DNA from: Wickerhamiella versatilis
Taxonomy: Eukaryota
NCBI GenBank assembly: GCA_030867685.1
Contig: JAQOWU010000007.1
Coordinates: 1-64,000, forward strand
Reading direction: 5' to 3'
DNA: 64,000 nucleotides
A model generated the notes under the pieces. That model searched no databases and was not told the DNA's origin. It saw only the letters and a program-made list of their open reading frames with translations. Each line of letters opens with the position of its first letter. The stretch's first letter is position 1. Below, piece after piece: positions 22,481 to 33,961 of this stretch. The position numbers were made by a program, and so were the translations under genes.

Positions 22481-23383
22481 ATGAGTAGTGTGGAAAAGAA
22501 GCAGTCTAACTTCCTAATTGACTTTCTGTTAGCAGGTGTGTCTGCAACTGTCTCCAAGACGGCTGCGGCCCCTATAGAGCGTATCAAGCTACTTCTACAG
22601 AACCAGGACGAAATGATAAAGCAAGGACGCCTTGAGAGCCGCTATAAAGGCATTGGTGAATGTTTTGTTAGGACTGTGAAGTCTGAGGGTGTGGTTTCCA
22701 TGTGGAACGGAAATCTTGCTAATGTCCTACGTTACTTCCCTACCCAGGCACTTAATTTTGCCTTCAAGGATAAGATTAAGGCCACATTCAAGGAAAATAA
22801 AGATGATACTTTCGTTAAAAAGCTTGGCAAGAACCTCGGTGCTGGTGCTGGTGCTGGTGCACTTTCTTTGCTATTCGTCTACCCTCTGGACTTTGCTCGT
22901 ACTCGACTTGCTGCTACTGCTCGCTCTAAAAGTGGTGAACAGCAGTTCAATGGGTTGTTTGACGTGTTTGGTAAAACCTTTCGCTCGGATGGCATTCGGG
23001 GTCTCTACCGTGGTTTCGGACCATCTGTGGTAGGCATCATGGTTTACCGTGGTTTCTACTTCGGTCTCTATGACTCACTTAAGCCAGTGCTTTTGACAGG
23101 ATCTTTGCGTGATTCCTTTGTAGGTAGCTTTCTCATCGGTTATGCAGGAACTACAGCATCAGGGATCGCTGCATATCCCTTAGACACTGTTCGTCGTCGT
23201 ATGATGATGACTTCAGGAAGTGGTGTTCATTACAAGAGCTCACTTGACTGCTTTAGATCAATTGTTAAGACTTCTGGCGTTTTTTCTCTTTTCAGAGGAG
23301 CTGGTGCTAATATACTTCGAGGTGTTGCTGGTTCCGGAGCGCTTGCACTTTATGACTTATTCAAGAACACTTTGCTCAAGTGA
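22481..23383 (+). CDS. AAC: Mitochondrial ADP/ATP carrier
   Basis: [38 protein letters not shown] and the RRRMMM signature; likely start at 22481 (an in-frame ATG also exists at 22406). Confidence 0.95.
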   Translation: MSSVEKKQSNFLIDFLLAGVSATVSKTAAAPIERIKLLLQNQDEMIKQGRLESRYKGIGECFVRTVKSEGVVSMWNGNLANVLRYFPTQALNFAFKDKIKATFKENKDDTFVKKLGKNLGAGAGAGALSLLFVYPLDFARTRLAATARSKSGEQQFNGLFDVFGKTFRSDGIRGLYRGFGPSVVGIMVYRGFYFGLYDSLKPVLLTGSLRDSFVGSFLIGYAGTTASGIAAYPLDTVRRRMMMTSGSGVHYKSSLDCFRSIVKTSGVFSLFRGAGANILRGVAGSGALALYDLFKNTLLK

Positions 23384-23728
23384 ACCCTTAGAGAGCTATG
23401 AATGCACATCTCCGGGATCAAGGGTACTATATAAGCTTTACAGGTTCAGGTCATGATAATTCTGTTAAGTAAATTCACATAAGATATACTCCTAGATAAG
23501 AAAGATAGTATTTGCATCACATTTTCCAACCAGCTAATTTCAATATCTGGTGGTCACCTATTGTACCATATGAACTGAACTACAGTGCAACCTCAAATAT
23601 AGTGAGGTAATACCCGTAAATAGGACGCATATTGCGGCTCCAAGTATCAGCATGGCAAGGCGTGCGCAGAGCAATCCCAAAATTTTGCTGGAATTAAACT
23701 GGACCAGTCTGGAGATGGTATTTTGTTG

Positions 23729-23754
23729 AGTGGGCTATCTTGCATGGTCCAGCC
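23729..23754 (+). repeat. Dispersed 41-bp repeat fragment
   Basis: AGTGGGCTATCTTGCATGGTCCAGCC. Confidence 0.87.
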
Positions 23755-24188
23755 TTGTTTTACTTAATCAGGAACGCTTACAAGAATTTTTACACACTGT
23801 AAGATAACCCAATTCCTGATCGACTAAGTAGCCTAATTCTTAAAAAGTGACTCAAAGCCATAATAATTATAAAAAAAGGGTGAGGTTCCAGACAAAAGTC
23901 CTCTTCCAGTCATATTGTTTCGTTTTAAGATATTTTGCTATGATACTCATAGTGGATGTTTCGGCAAACACATGATTTACCAAGCGGGACACCAGACAAA
24001 CATATTTTCTGGTCAATGGGTGCAACTGTGAAGTGTGCAGGTAATCTACTCATATAACTTTTCTGCTTAATAGCAGTAAGATGTGGTGATCTTGTGCCCT
24101 TAACCTGCATGTCTTCTAAAGGCTATACACACAACGCAACACAAAAGCAGTTAAATCTTACTCAACCCCAACCCACACTTATCAGTAC

Positions 24189-25796
24189 ATGATTGCTGTG
24201 CCTATGAAACTCGTTTTCTCTAGCTTGGCCTTGCAATTCGTTGCTGCCCTTTTTATTCCCCATGACTTTTCCAGTATCAGTGAAGTTGGACTTGTAGATA
24301 GGCCTGACTTGGCCGATCCAATCACTTCACCCACACTACTTGACCTCGAGGGCAAGTCACCTACGTTAAGTCTGCAAGAGTCTGGCGAGAGAGATGAGAT
24401 TGGAAATTTTGAAACGAAGAGTCGTCTTGGAATGAGGCCTGCTTCGAGCCAAGATACCCTAGAAGATCCCCAAAGTGGCTTGCATACTCTGGAAAATTCT
24501 GATGAGTATGAATCTGGTTTTGAGGCTCCAGACCCCTATATGCCTCCTAATAAGGTTATTGTTGTCTTTCAAGATGATACCACAGCCCAGCAGATTGCCG
24601 AGCATATGGAATTGTTTTTCGATATAAGCGCAGCACATGCACGGCTGCGAGTACACGAGACTGAATACAAGGTAGAGCATGTATTTAACACGGTATTCAA
24701 AGGTTATACGGCTACAATGTCCCCTTTTGTCGTAAACAAGCTGCTAGTGCTTCCCGAGGTTTCCTTTATTGAATATGATCAGAAATGGACCCTCGATGAG
24801 CTTAGTGTTGATAGAAACCTACATAACGTCACTGAGGAAGGTGCACCTTGGGGAATATCTCGCATGTCACAAAGAGATATCCTAGAGCCTGGGATGCTCA
24901 ATGATTATATCTACGATGACGAAGGAGGCCAAGATGTGAATGCATACGTCATTGACACTGGCATATATACCAAACATGATGATTTTGGTGGTCGTGCTTA
25001 TAGAGGTATAACTATTCCTCTCGGTGCCGATGACGAAGATAATATTGGCCATGGCTCGTTTTGTGCAGGCATCATTGCTGGCGACAGATATGGTGTTGCC
25101 AAAAGGGCCCATATCATCGGAGTCAAAGTTATCGATGAGACGAGCGGGTATATCTCGGATGTCATAGCAGGTATAGAATGGACCATCCTCTCTCATCGTC
25201 AGGAAATGAAGAGGAACAAAAAACTCAAAGGGTCTACCGTCAATATATCCCTCTATGGCCTTAAATTTCCAATTCTTGAGCTCGCAGTCAATGCTGCCAT
25301 CGATGCTGGGCTTCATGTGGCCGTGATCGCAGGAAACAGCAACAGAAATGCGTGTGATACCTCCCCTGCTGGTGCCTCGGGCCCAATTACTGTTGGAGCA
25401 ACCGGAATTTTTGATGAGCGCGGGTCCTTCTCTAATTACGGAACCTGTGTCGATATTTTTGCTCCTGGTGTTAATATTACTTCTGTGGGTACATCATCAC
25501 CGAATTCTACTCTTGTGGCATCTGGCACCTCTGCAGCTGCACCACATGTCTGCGGACTTCTTACCTATTTTCTTTCTCTTCAACCTAATACTGACTCTGA
25601 GTATGCTACAAGAGGTCCAGTTACCCCTAAAGAGCTAAAAGAAGCTATAGTTGCCTTTGGATCACAAGGAATGATTTCAGATTTAGATCCTGAGTCGCCT
25701 AACATCCTTGCGTATAATGGTGGTGGCAAGAACTTATCTTCATTTTGGAGTCTTGGTCGTACTAGAATGGACATCGGTTTTGATGGCTCCTTCTAA
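24189..25796 (+). CDS. Subtilisin-like S8 serine protease (proteinase B/Prb1-like) with I9 propeptide
   Basis: Signal peptide, APWGISR, YVIDTG (Asp), GHGSFCAG (His), AGN and SGTSAAAPH (Ser). Confidence 0.93.
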   Translation: MIAVPMKLVFSSLALQFVAALFIPHDFSSISEVGLVDRPDLADPITSPTLLDLEGKSPTLSLQESGERDEIGNFETKSRLGMRPASSQDTLEDPQSGLHTLENSDEYESGFEAPDPYMPPNKVIVVFQDDTTAQQIAEHMELFFDISAAHARLRVHETEYKVEHVFNTVFKGYTATMSPFVVNKLLVLPEVSFIEYDQKWTLDELSVDRNLHNVTEEGAPWGISRMSQRDILEPGMLNDYIYDDEGGQDVNAYVIDTGIYTKHDDFGGRAYRGITIPLGADDEDNIGHGSFCAGIIAGDRYGVAKRAHIIGVKVIDETSGYISDVIAGIEWTILSHRQEMKRNKKLKGSTVNISLYGLKFPILELAVNAAIDAGLHVAVIAGNSNRNACDTSPAGASGPITVGATGIFDERGSFSNYGTCVDIFAPGVNITSVGTSSPNSTLVASGTSAAAPHVCGLLTYFLSLQPNTDSEYATRGPVTPKELKEAIVAFGSQGMISDLDPESPNILAYNGGGKNLSSFWSLGRTRMDIGFDGSF

Positions 25797-25944
25797 CCAT
25801 TTCCCGGTCTGCAGAAATACACCCTGGTGCTGATAAATTCGTTTGGTGATATTTCCAACAGGAAGTTGTAATGATCTATTTCCATATCCTCAAGAAAGTT
25901 TTCCCTGAGAAATCTAGGTAAGCTTTGGGTAGACAGTAAAGTTC

Positions 25945-25970
25945 GTGGGCTATCTAGCATTGACCAACCA
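25945..25970 (+). repeat. Dispersed 41-bp repeat fragment
   Basis: GTGGGCTATCTAGCATTGACCAACCA. Confidence 0.88.
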
Positions 25971-26111
25971 ACACATCTCTTAAACCATTTTCGCATGTGT
26001 AGAGTTCTCAAGTAAGCTATTATTTTAACCTAACACTACCTTCGATGTGAAGATTAACCAAAAAAAAATGAAATCCTTTAAAAAACATAGAGTTTATTTT
26101 TAAGACCTAGA

Positions 26112-28271
26112 CTATGGCAAAGTAGAGCAATTGGGGTTGTGCCCGATATCACAATAATATCTTGCTGATATTTCTGCCTGAGAAAGTGCAGCATCAAAAA
26201 CAAATAGCTCGTCCAATTTACCACGAAAGGACTTATCTGGGCTACCAATTGCTGCCAGTGGTAGAGGGATACTCGATTCCACATTATCAGCAAGTGTTCC
26301 ATTCAAATATAAGCTTATACTAGTGCCATTGTTTATTAATGACACAGCTGTCCATTTACCGTCAGTTAGTCCTGTATTGAATTGTACCACACCGGTCGGT
26401 GTATTAAGTGCCAGATTTCCACTGTATCCTTCATTGAGAATTATAGAGTTCTCGGACCTAGAGCTTAGCAATGTTGCTCCTGGATATTCAAATGCCTGGC
26501 GGAACCACATAGACATTGTCCAAGGTGCTTCCAAGTCCACCCCACCTAGCCCAACGCCCTGCCCGTCATCACTAAATTCCAAAGCGGAACCAATAAAGCC
26601 ATTATCCACAAATTTAGGATTTTTCACGATGTATGTACTCCCACTAAGGTTTCCTGTAATGTCTTGCACATAAACTGTCTGTCCAGGGCTACCTGCCCAA
26701 GTCCAACCTGATGGGTACGGCTCCGGTTCAAAGGGATAATGGTGCAGAGGGTTCATTTCTCCCAATTTTTTTGGCTTTGAAAACACTTTTACTCCAGGTG
26801 CACTACCTATGCTCGAAAGGCGATTGATTAGGGACTCCTTAGAAGTCTTCGTTTGGACATTCCAGGATCTATCCGCCATAGCTGAGCGCAATTCCTTCAT
26901 ATGTTCTTCGAAGAATTCATCCTGTGCCCACATGTTATAGTCAGCCCACACACCAAAACTGGAACCCAACATATCACTCGTAGTCCTCGGCTCCCAGGTC
27001 GAGGCCAGATAGTCAATATTCGGTCTAATATTATGATAATCATTGGGTGTCATATAAGCGTAGTTGCTGTTCATCCAGATTTTCTTATGACCGTCAAATG
27101 CTTTCTCGGTACCATCTCCCTGCCAATCCTGAATAACGATGTCCTTGTTAAGCATTTGCTGCGAAAGGGACATGGCTTCAAATCCATTGTAGATTATGGA
27201 TTGCTTCCCTTGTTGTGCAGCTATTTCAGCTATTGAGTTGATGAACTTGACAAGCATGTCCCCTGCAGAATCGACATCACCCTGGTTAGCAATATAGTCT
27301 TTGATACGACCACAGTTTGAGAGTACGGGAGGTAATTCATCTCCGCCTAGATGTACGTACCTCGAATCAAACCATGGTAAAAATTCCTTCAGTATAGAAC
27401 CCACGTCGTTAAGTGATTTGCTTATGGTCATGTCCACGACCCAATTGGGAGTCAAATACGAGTACATATCATCCTCTGTACACGCGTTATCACCCATGCC
27501 AAAACCGATTCCAAAATGATTGCTAACCACAGTGGCATGTCCTGGAAATTCGAATCCGGGCATGATCTCTACATGATGTGCCGCGGCAAAAGAGACGAGA
27601 TCACTGATCTCCTCTCGACTATAGGAATATGTGGGATCTGCCAGGCCTGGAAATGCCGGACTATATAGACGGAAGCCTTCTGCATCTGCGAAGTGAAGAT
27701 TGAGCATGTTCAGCTTCTGGTAGCCCATCTCTCGGATAAGATCCTTGAGATATTCCACATTCCAGTATTTTCGAGCAGCATCCAGCATTCCGCCACGTAT
27801 GTTTTGTCCCGGCGATTCCATTGTGGAACCACAGGTAATATTTCGTGAACTCCTCAAAAGCTGCAGCAAGGTACGTCCACCGTAATATATTCCAGCAGAA
27901 GATGAAGCCGAGATTACAACACTGTCACTGATATTCAGTGAATAGGCTTCACTGTCTAGTGATTTGTCCAGTTCCAAAACGATATCTCCTTCGCCGGGCT
28001 CTGTTCCCACCGCGAGCTTAGAGTCGAACTTATCCTCATGTAGGTCTCTTATAAGCTGTTCAGCCTCTTCCTTTACTGTACGGTTTTGTAAACCCACTAA
28101 GGCAATCTCATCTGATATTACTATTTGAATGTCCTGAGGAGCGAAAAATGTTCCAGGATGGTTTTCCCAATTAGATAGAGCAGGAATTGCATCTGGAGCT
28201 GACGCTCCAGCAATGGCAGATAATAGAGAGCAGATCACGATAATGGGTGATATGGAACTATATTTCGCCAT
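26112..28271 (-). CDS. Secreted GH20 beta-N-acetylhexosaminidase-like enzyme with C-terminal LamG/ConA-like domain
   Basis: RGGMLDAARKYW, LHFADAEGFR, PGFEFPGH and HLGGDE catalytic pair; C-terminal WTMSMW...LYLNG...FRGKLDELFVFDAALS. Confidence 0.92.
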   Translation of the reverse strand: MAKYSSISPIIVICSLLSAIAGASAPDAIPALSNWENHPGTFFAPQDIQIVISDEIALVGLQNRTVKEEAEQLIRDLHEDKFDSKLAVGTEPGEGDIVLELDKSLDSEAYSLNISDSVVISASSSAGIYYGGRTLLQLLRSSRNITCGSTMESPGQNIRGGMLDAARKYWNVEYLKDLIREMGYQKLNMLNLHFADAEGFRLYSPAFPGLADPTYSYSREEISDLVSFAAAHHVEIMPGFEFPGHATVVSNHFGIGFGMGDNACTEDDMYSYLTPNWVVDMTISKSLNDVGSILKEFLPWFDSRYVHLGGDELPPVLSNCGRIKDYIANQGDVDSAGDMLVKFINSIAEIAAQQGKQSIIYNGFEAMSLSQQMLNKDIVIQDWQGDGTEKAFDGHKKIWMNSNYAYMTPNDYHNIRPNIDYLASTWEPRTTSDMLGSSFGVWADYNMWAQDEFFEEHMKELRSAMADRSWNVQTKTSKESLINRLSSIGSAPGVKVFSKPKKLGEMNPLHHYPFEPEPYPSGWTWAGSPGQTVYVQDITGNLSGSTYIVKNPKFVDNGFIGSALEFSDDGQGVGLGGVDLEAPWTMSMWFRQAFEYPGATLLSSRSENSIILNEGYSGNLALNTPTGVVQFNTGLTDGKWTAVSLINNGTSISLYLNGTLADNVESSIPLPLAAIGSPDKSFRGKLDELFVFDAALSQAEISARYYCDIGHNPNCSTLP

Positions 28272-28919
28272 TTATGCTGGCTTGTCGACGCTAAGGTTCC
28301 AAGCAAGTAAACCGAGATTTGGGATCTCAGATAAATACTAATTACTAATATCAATGTTATGCCTATTAGGGTGAGAACAGGGATACTCAATCTCATCGGT
28401 AATGAAACATATAAATGCATGGAACGAACTAGTTATGTACTGATATATGTCTTGAGAGAAAGGGTCCAATAGCATAGAAGCAGACATATCTACGGAAGAT
28501 CGCACATTCTCTCTGACAAAACATGGAAACAACAGACTCGCTTATCTGAGACATGCCATACTGGGGAGTTTGGAATACCAAGGACCAGTAAACCCCCAGC
28601 TTTCCAGGTTCTTATCAACCAATGTGTGTCTTTATTCAATCGATTAGCTCTGATAGCACCAGAAATCTGGGAAATACTCTACAATATAGCACTATATATT
28701 CAGCGGCCGAACCCTATAATAACTCCTGAAATCCAAGTCAGGCTAATTCAACGGCCAAAACAATTAAAAGTGGTACCCTTGCCCTCAAACTTTATATGCT
28801 GCTTTTGTCTTACCCTAAACTGGTCTCACCGTATGGAACATTACCCGTACCCATTAGTCTTCCCTCTTAGGATCAAGTGGATACGATGTGACTGAACCAG
28901 TTCCAAGAAGAAAAAAAAA

Positions 28920-30365
28920 TCAGATAACACCAATATGGGGTAAACTAGAGTTACCTCCATTGTATGCACCTATATTAATTGTGTCGGTTATTTTATTTCC
29001 CCACAAGTCATGGCTACCATTATCAGGTAATATTTGTCCAGAATACCAGGCAGGACTTTCTTTTTGGAGCTTGTAGCCATCCACGGACGAGAATTCGGTA
29101 TCTTTAGCATAAGGGTCAATAAAAAGCGGATTTGCACTAATCCCAGCATCCTCAGTGGGTAGGTCCACAAATTGGAATATGTTCTTGTGCCACACCGACC
29201 CCGATGGTAAGGAAGAATTATTATTGCCGACAAAGATGTTGTTAACCAAGCTTGTATTAGAAGGTAAGGAAAAGTTAAAGTTCTTCTCATTGCAGAAAAA
29301 TACGTTATTGTACACATCTAGTTGCGCCTCATCTCCAGTGCTTATCGACCGACAGTCATTTTCGAAAACATTATACCTCACAATTTGATGTGCGCCGCCG
29401 ACAATATCGCCACAGCCGTCACAATTGAGGAACCAACCACCTGCGTTATCTCGTCCATAATTGTATTCAACCGCACAGAACCCTTCATTTCCCCAGTCAC
29501 AGTCAAATGCCTCGCTGTCATAAGCGGACATGATTGAGTCATGCACATAGTTGAATCTCATCGTTGAGTCCTTGCAGACCATTACCCATATCCCGGCAAA
29601 GTTACCACCTGTCCAAGGATATGCGCCAAGCCCTAGCCATCCTACGTGATTTTTTTCGATCAAGGGACCTTCAGTGTATTCCACAACAATGCCATCTCCA
29701 CCACAGTATGTAACATCGTTATTATGCACATGCACACCAGATCCACGTCCTTTCGCAACACCACCTCTCACTTTGATTCCTCCACCACCGCAGTCGTGTA
29801 TGGTATTATCAAAAACCTCTATGTCGCTATATGGTGCGCTGCTAGAGACGAAGATACCTGCAGACGACGCAAAGTTTCCGGGCTCTGCAAATTTGTCAGT
29901 AGCACCACCAACATCATAAGCATATATATTTCTCACAGTCAAGCCTTGGTGTGGGTGACTATCATTTGTGCTGGCTACGAACCCTCGGCGTAGCAACCCT
30001 GTCTCGGAGGAAGGGTTGGTCACCATTAAGTCGGATACCTCCCAATAATCGCTGTTTAAAATCTCTAGTGCTGCGTCGTATCCTGAGCCATTCACCACAG
30101 GTGAATTCCCCTGGCCATAAGCAGAAAGCCGGATCCACGACGATTCGGAGCCGCTTCCCTGTAGGAGAAGCTTTCCAGAGCATGTGGTCCCTCTTTTCAG
30201 CAAAATTGCATCGCCAGCACTAAACGATAGAGCATTAACATCACTGACAGAGGAGAATGGAGCATTCAAGGATCCATCACCAGAAGACATTTTACTGCAG
30301 TCAACATACACGCTTGTTGACCCATATGCAACAGCAGAGAACAAGAGAAGTACTATAAGGAACAT
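28920..30365 (-). CDS. Secreted right-handed parallel beta-helix protein (putative carbohydrate-active enzyme)
   Basis: Start MFLIVLLLFSAVAYG; YVDCS..GDGS..APF, GDAILLKRGT, repeated N-x-I/V-H-D/GGDGI coils and DSEAFDCDWG. Confidence 0.85.
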   Translation of the reverse strand: MFLIVLLLFSAVAYGSTSVYVDCSKMSSGDGSLNAPFSSVSDVNALSFSAGDAILLKRGTTCSGKLLLQGSGSESSWIRLSAYGQGNSPVVNGSGYDAALEILNSDYWEVSDLMVTNPSSETGLLRRGFVASTNDSHPHQGLTVRNIYAYDVGGATDKFAEPGNFASSAGIFVSSSAPYSDIEVFDNTIHDCGGGGIKVRGGVAKGRGSGVHVHNNDVTYCGGDGIVVEYTEGPLIEKNHVGWLGLGAYPWTGGNFAGIWVMVCKDSTMRFNYVHDSIMSAYDSEAFDCDWGNEGFCAVEYNYGRDNAGGWFLNCDGCGDIVGGAHQIVRYNVFENDCRSISTGDEAQLDVYNNVFFCNEKNFNFSLPSNTSLVNNIFVGNNNSSLPSGSVWHKNIFQFVDLPTEDAGISANPLFIDPYAKDTEFSSVDGYKLQKESPAWYSGQILPDNGSHDLWGNKITDTINIGAYNGGNSSLPHIGVI

Positions 30366-30918
30366 ATTCAAGACAGAGATAGAGAAAAGGGGCAGGTGTA
30401 TGTCAATGCGATGACAAAACGTTAGCAAACATTCGGATATTGAAACTATAGGGTTTGGGTGTGTTGTTAACCCCTCCACATTGACTTACCTGAAGAAGAG
30501 CTGAGGTGAAAAGTGGCACAAGTACCACTTGAGTACCATGACACATCACTAATAAGACAACCCTTATAACCATAAAGTCCCACATAACCTTGATCTGACT
30601 CTTGATCCCCCACTATCTCCGCTACTTCCTCCACTGCTTCCACTGTTATTGCTGCTTAAGGTGCGGTGATCTTGTGTCCTTTACCCGTATGTCTTCTAAA
30701 GGCTATATAAACAATGGTTTTTGTAATACAACCTTGAAGGGAGGTAGGACTGTATTTCATCGGACGGTATCATGGCAACGGAGTGGGCAACCTTAACAGT
30801 TCTACATTAACACACTGACATATGATAATCCTACTTACCGTGGTAGCTTTACAGACAGCAGGCTGTTGGGAAGGGGTCAGGATTTTTAGGGCCAAACCAT
30901 CATTTGAGGAGGAAATAG

Positions 30919-32291
30919 TCAATGGATCAAGGTCATATTCGTCGTTATGGTCATCTCGAGGTAGTTGCTTGGACGCATAAACCTCGTCACGAGAAGTCGG
31001 TTGCAAAAGATATGCGGCCGAGACAAAAAAAGGTACAATGCGTTTGGAAAGGCATCTGGCAGAAGCCACTTGTATTCCCAGTGTACGTCCAGAGTCTCCT
31101 TAAAGCTGGATAAAAGTCTGTAGAACAGATGGTAAGATATTGAGGCAATTAAACTCAAAGCATACACCAAGATAAGTAATCCCAGGCGTTTGTAGATACC
31201 AGCATTTTAGTATTGTCCTTGTTCGATTAGGTAGGATAGCGATGTAGACAGGCACAGATTTATCCACAGTAAATTTACAAATATCGGTACAGCGAGAACT
31301 GGGATTACTTTCACACCGAATAGCTGAACCTTCGCACCATCACCTGAATTGTAACAAGGTAGAAGAGCGATGTGGTGAAAGTATCAGCACCCAGAGGAGA
31401 CCAATAGAGTAGAGACCTCATACCGATGATTTCCCAGACGAGGGAGTATCCCAGACTCAACAGTAGTAGAAATATCAACCTAAATACAAATTGAGAGGCA
31501 TCTACAACTGCCACGACCCAAAGAAATCCCAGGATTTCCCCATTATGCTGGGCTGGTAAGTAATAGATACCAGTCATCAGCTGTTCAAAAGCCATCAGGA
31601 GCCCTAAACTGGACACGAAATGCTGAATTTTCAGAAAATGGTGGTGCCTTTTAACGATTTTTGCCAACCAAAGAACAGTTGAACCAAAATATAGTCCTGC
31701 ACTAACAAAATGTAACGTCACGAGCGGAGCCTTAGATGCTTCCACGGATTACGAAACCGTACCAGCGCACGAAGCTTAGATGACCATGTCATCGCCTTAG
31801 CTGGTACCTTTTAACGACATTCATGGCCGGACCACCTCAAGTAATACTTGAACGGTATAGAAGCTACGCAATAGCGGCCCGTACTTGGAATATCGTAAGT
31901 AAAATATCTGCCTGAAGGCACTTCAACTCTACCAATAGATATGAGCTCACTCAATTGTCTGTTGGAATCGTTCAGTACCTTCCCATAGTCGTCTGTACTG
32001 CATAATCCTTAACCAACTGCTTCGCTTGTACAAACGTACTCCAAGGGCGTCTATGTCTCTCGCCGCAAACACAACTATTGCCCATTCTGAGTAGAAATCA
32101 GCCCCATCGTGATCGTTATCAGATCCATGAACCTCAATCCGAGGTCCGAATGATCCTTGCCAATCGTGTTGCGAGTAGGCATTAACATAGATCTGCCAAA
32201 TCTGCCAATAACCGGGAATATTTTCGATGTATTTGTTGTAATCATACGCTATTGCACTCGTAGATAGCACAATTACTACCTGTAACAGCAT
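30919..32291 (-). pseudogene. Fragmented PTM1/GPR107-like (lung seven-TM receptor family) gene
   Basis: Collinear fragments in several frames: signal + YSQHDWQGSFGPRIEV, LKIQHFVS..LLLLSLGYSLVW, HWEYKWLLPDAFPNALY and SKQLPRDD; multiple stops and frameshifts. Confidence 0.75.
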
Positions 32292-32374
32292 GGGCGCCTT
32301 GATACATCAAGTCTGCGTCTGAAAGAGACTTGACTAATGCTTATTCCTGTAAATAATCTGGCCCGGCATTAGAA

Positions 32375-33406
32375 AATGCAAGATAGCTGAATTCATTCGC
32401 TACAAAACTCTATGAGCACCTAGGAAAAGTACATTTGCTGGGAAGAATGTTTATTATCATGATTTATTTGTCCAGTGATGTATTTTCTATGTTTATAGGT
32501 GACCATTCATAGCAGGTTATTGTGGTGCTACAAATAAACTGTTCAAACAGCAGCACTCTACTGAATTGTCGCTGCGACAATGCCTCCGCACATTATAACA
32601 AATACACACATCTTTATCGTGAATAAATCTCCAATATGCTTACTAAGCTATTACATCATTAACCAGCAGTGTCGTTCTGGCGGATCATGTCGCGAAGGTT
32701 ATCTTTTGGCAGCAGTTCTTAAATTATTGTGCTCATAGTCGATTGATCAGAATATACTGACATCGGAATCTTTAGCATGCAAAAAACTTTTACGGAGCAC
32801 AATACAACCGGAGCCATGAGTGGAGGCAGGCATGTCTGCGACTGCGTTCTGGCTAGTGGTTTTCCGCCGCGGTGGAAAAATGATTGATTGCCTTGCGGAA
32901 GCTTATCGCTATGTTGATATGACAAATCTGTCATCGGTTATTATTCTCGCAGCAAGTGCGTTGATGACGAACCAAGCTCACAAACCTGGTGATCTCATGG
33001 AAAGAATTCTCTGTCGTGGGACTGGAGAGATCCTACAAACTCCGTGATGTTGCTTGGATCTACAAAGTCGTTAGAATTGATTTGAATTAGGTTCTTCCAT
33101 ATGAGCAATTACTTGGTTATAATCAGTATAAGTTGATGGAATTTTTCACCCTCCATAATGGTCGAGCGTAATAAGAGCTCTCCATTATTTATAAGGTATA
33201 TTGCTACAATGCACGTTGTACGCTTCCTTCTTCTTGGTATAAAGACGCGAATCTCTTCTATGGATAACGAGGGTTTGTCACTTAATACGTCTTGCCAAAG
33301 GGTCAAAAAAGGATATGAAAAGCCTTTTAGGCGGTATACTGTTCATGCGAGATCTCAACAGAATAATCTTATGTAGTACTATTCTGGGCTATCTTGCATT
33401 GTACAA
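32375..33406. repeat. Two 41-bp repeat fragments (32375-32387 minus; 33385-33406 plus)
   Basis: AATGCAAGATAGC; TGGGCTATCTTGCATTGTACAA. Confidence 0.8.
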
Positions 33407-33961
33407 GCTGTCCCAGGGAGTGAAGATGTGACACAATTTGGGCCCAAGGGACACCCTTACCACTATATGTATTATGCTATTATAGGATTCGCTATCGATT
33501 CCCTGCGAATTCTGTACAAGGCTATCCACAACGACCCCATGACTTGAAAAACACGTAGTATCATTTTGCCGATATTGAGCCAAAAAAAAGCTATCTGTTG
33601 TTACGGTTTATATTTGTGTTCGCAATATTTCTGGGTATGGGTGTTTGTTACCGGAGCTATCTGCGGTGTTACGTACCCTTAACCTTGACTATGATTTGCC
33701 ATTGTTATCCGATATCGACAATCACTGACCGGTGTTGGTAAACAAAGATGCTGGTTTTGCGGCTCAGAGGATAACCCAACATTTACAACTAGTCTCCGGG
33801 CATGTCGTGCTAATTTCTCACGGGTTGCCACTATAAATGATATCGCGCTAAACTATCTAAAAAGCCGCTACTGGTAAACAAAGAATTAACAATAATAAGG
33901 TTCAGCAACACCAGAAACATATTTCGTATGTATATCGGCTCATATTTCATTGTCCTAGCGG

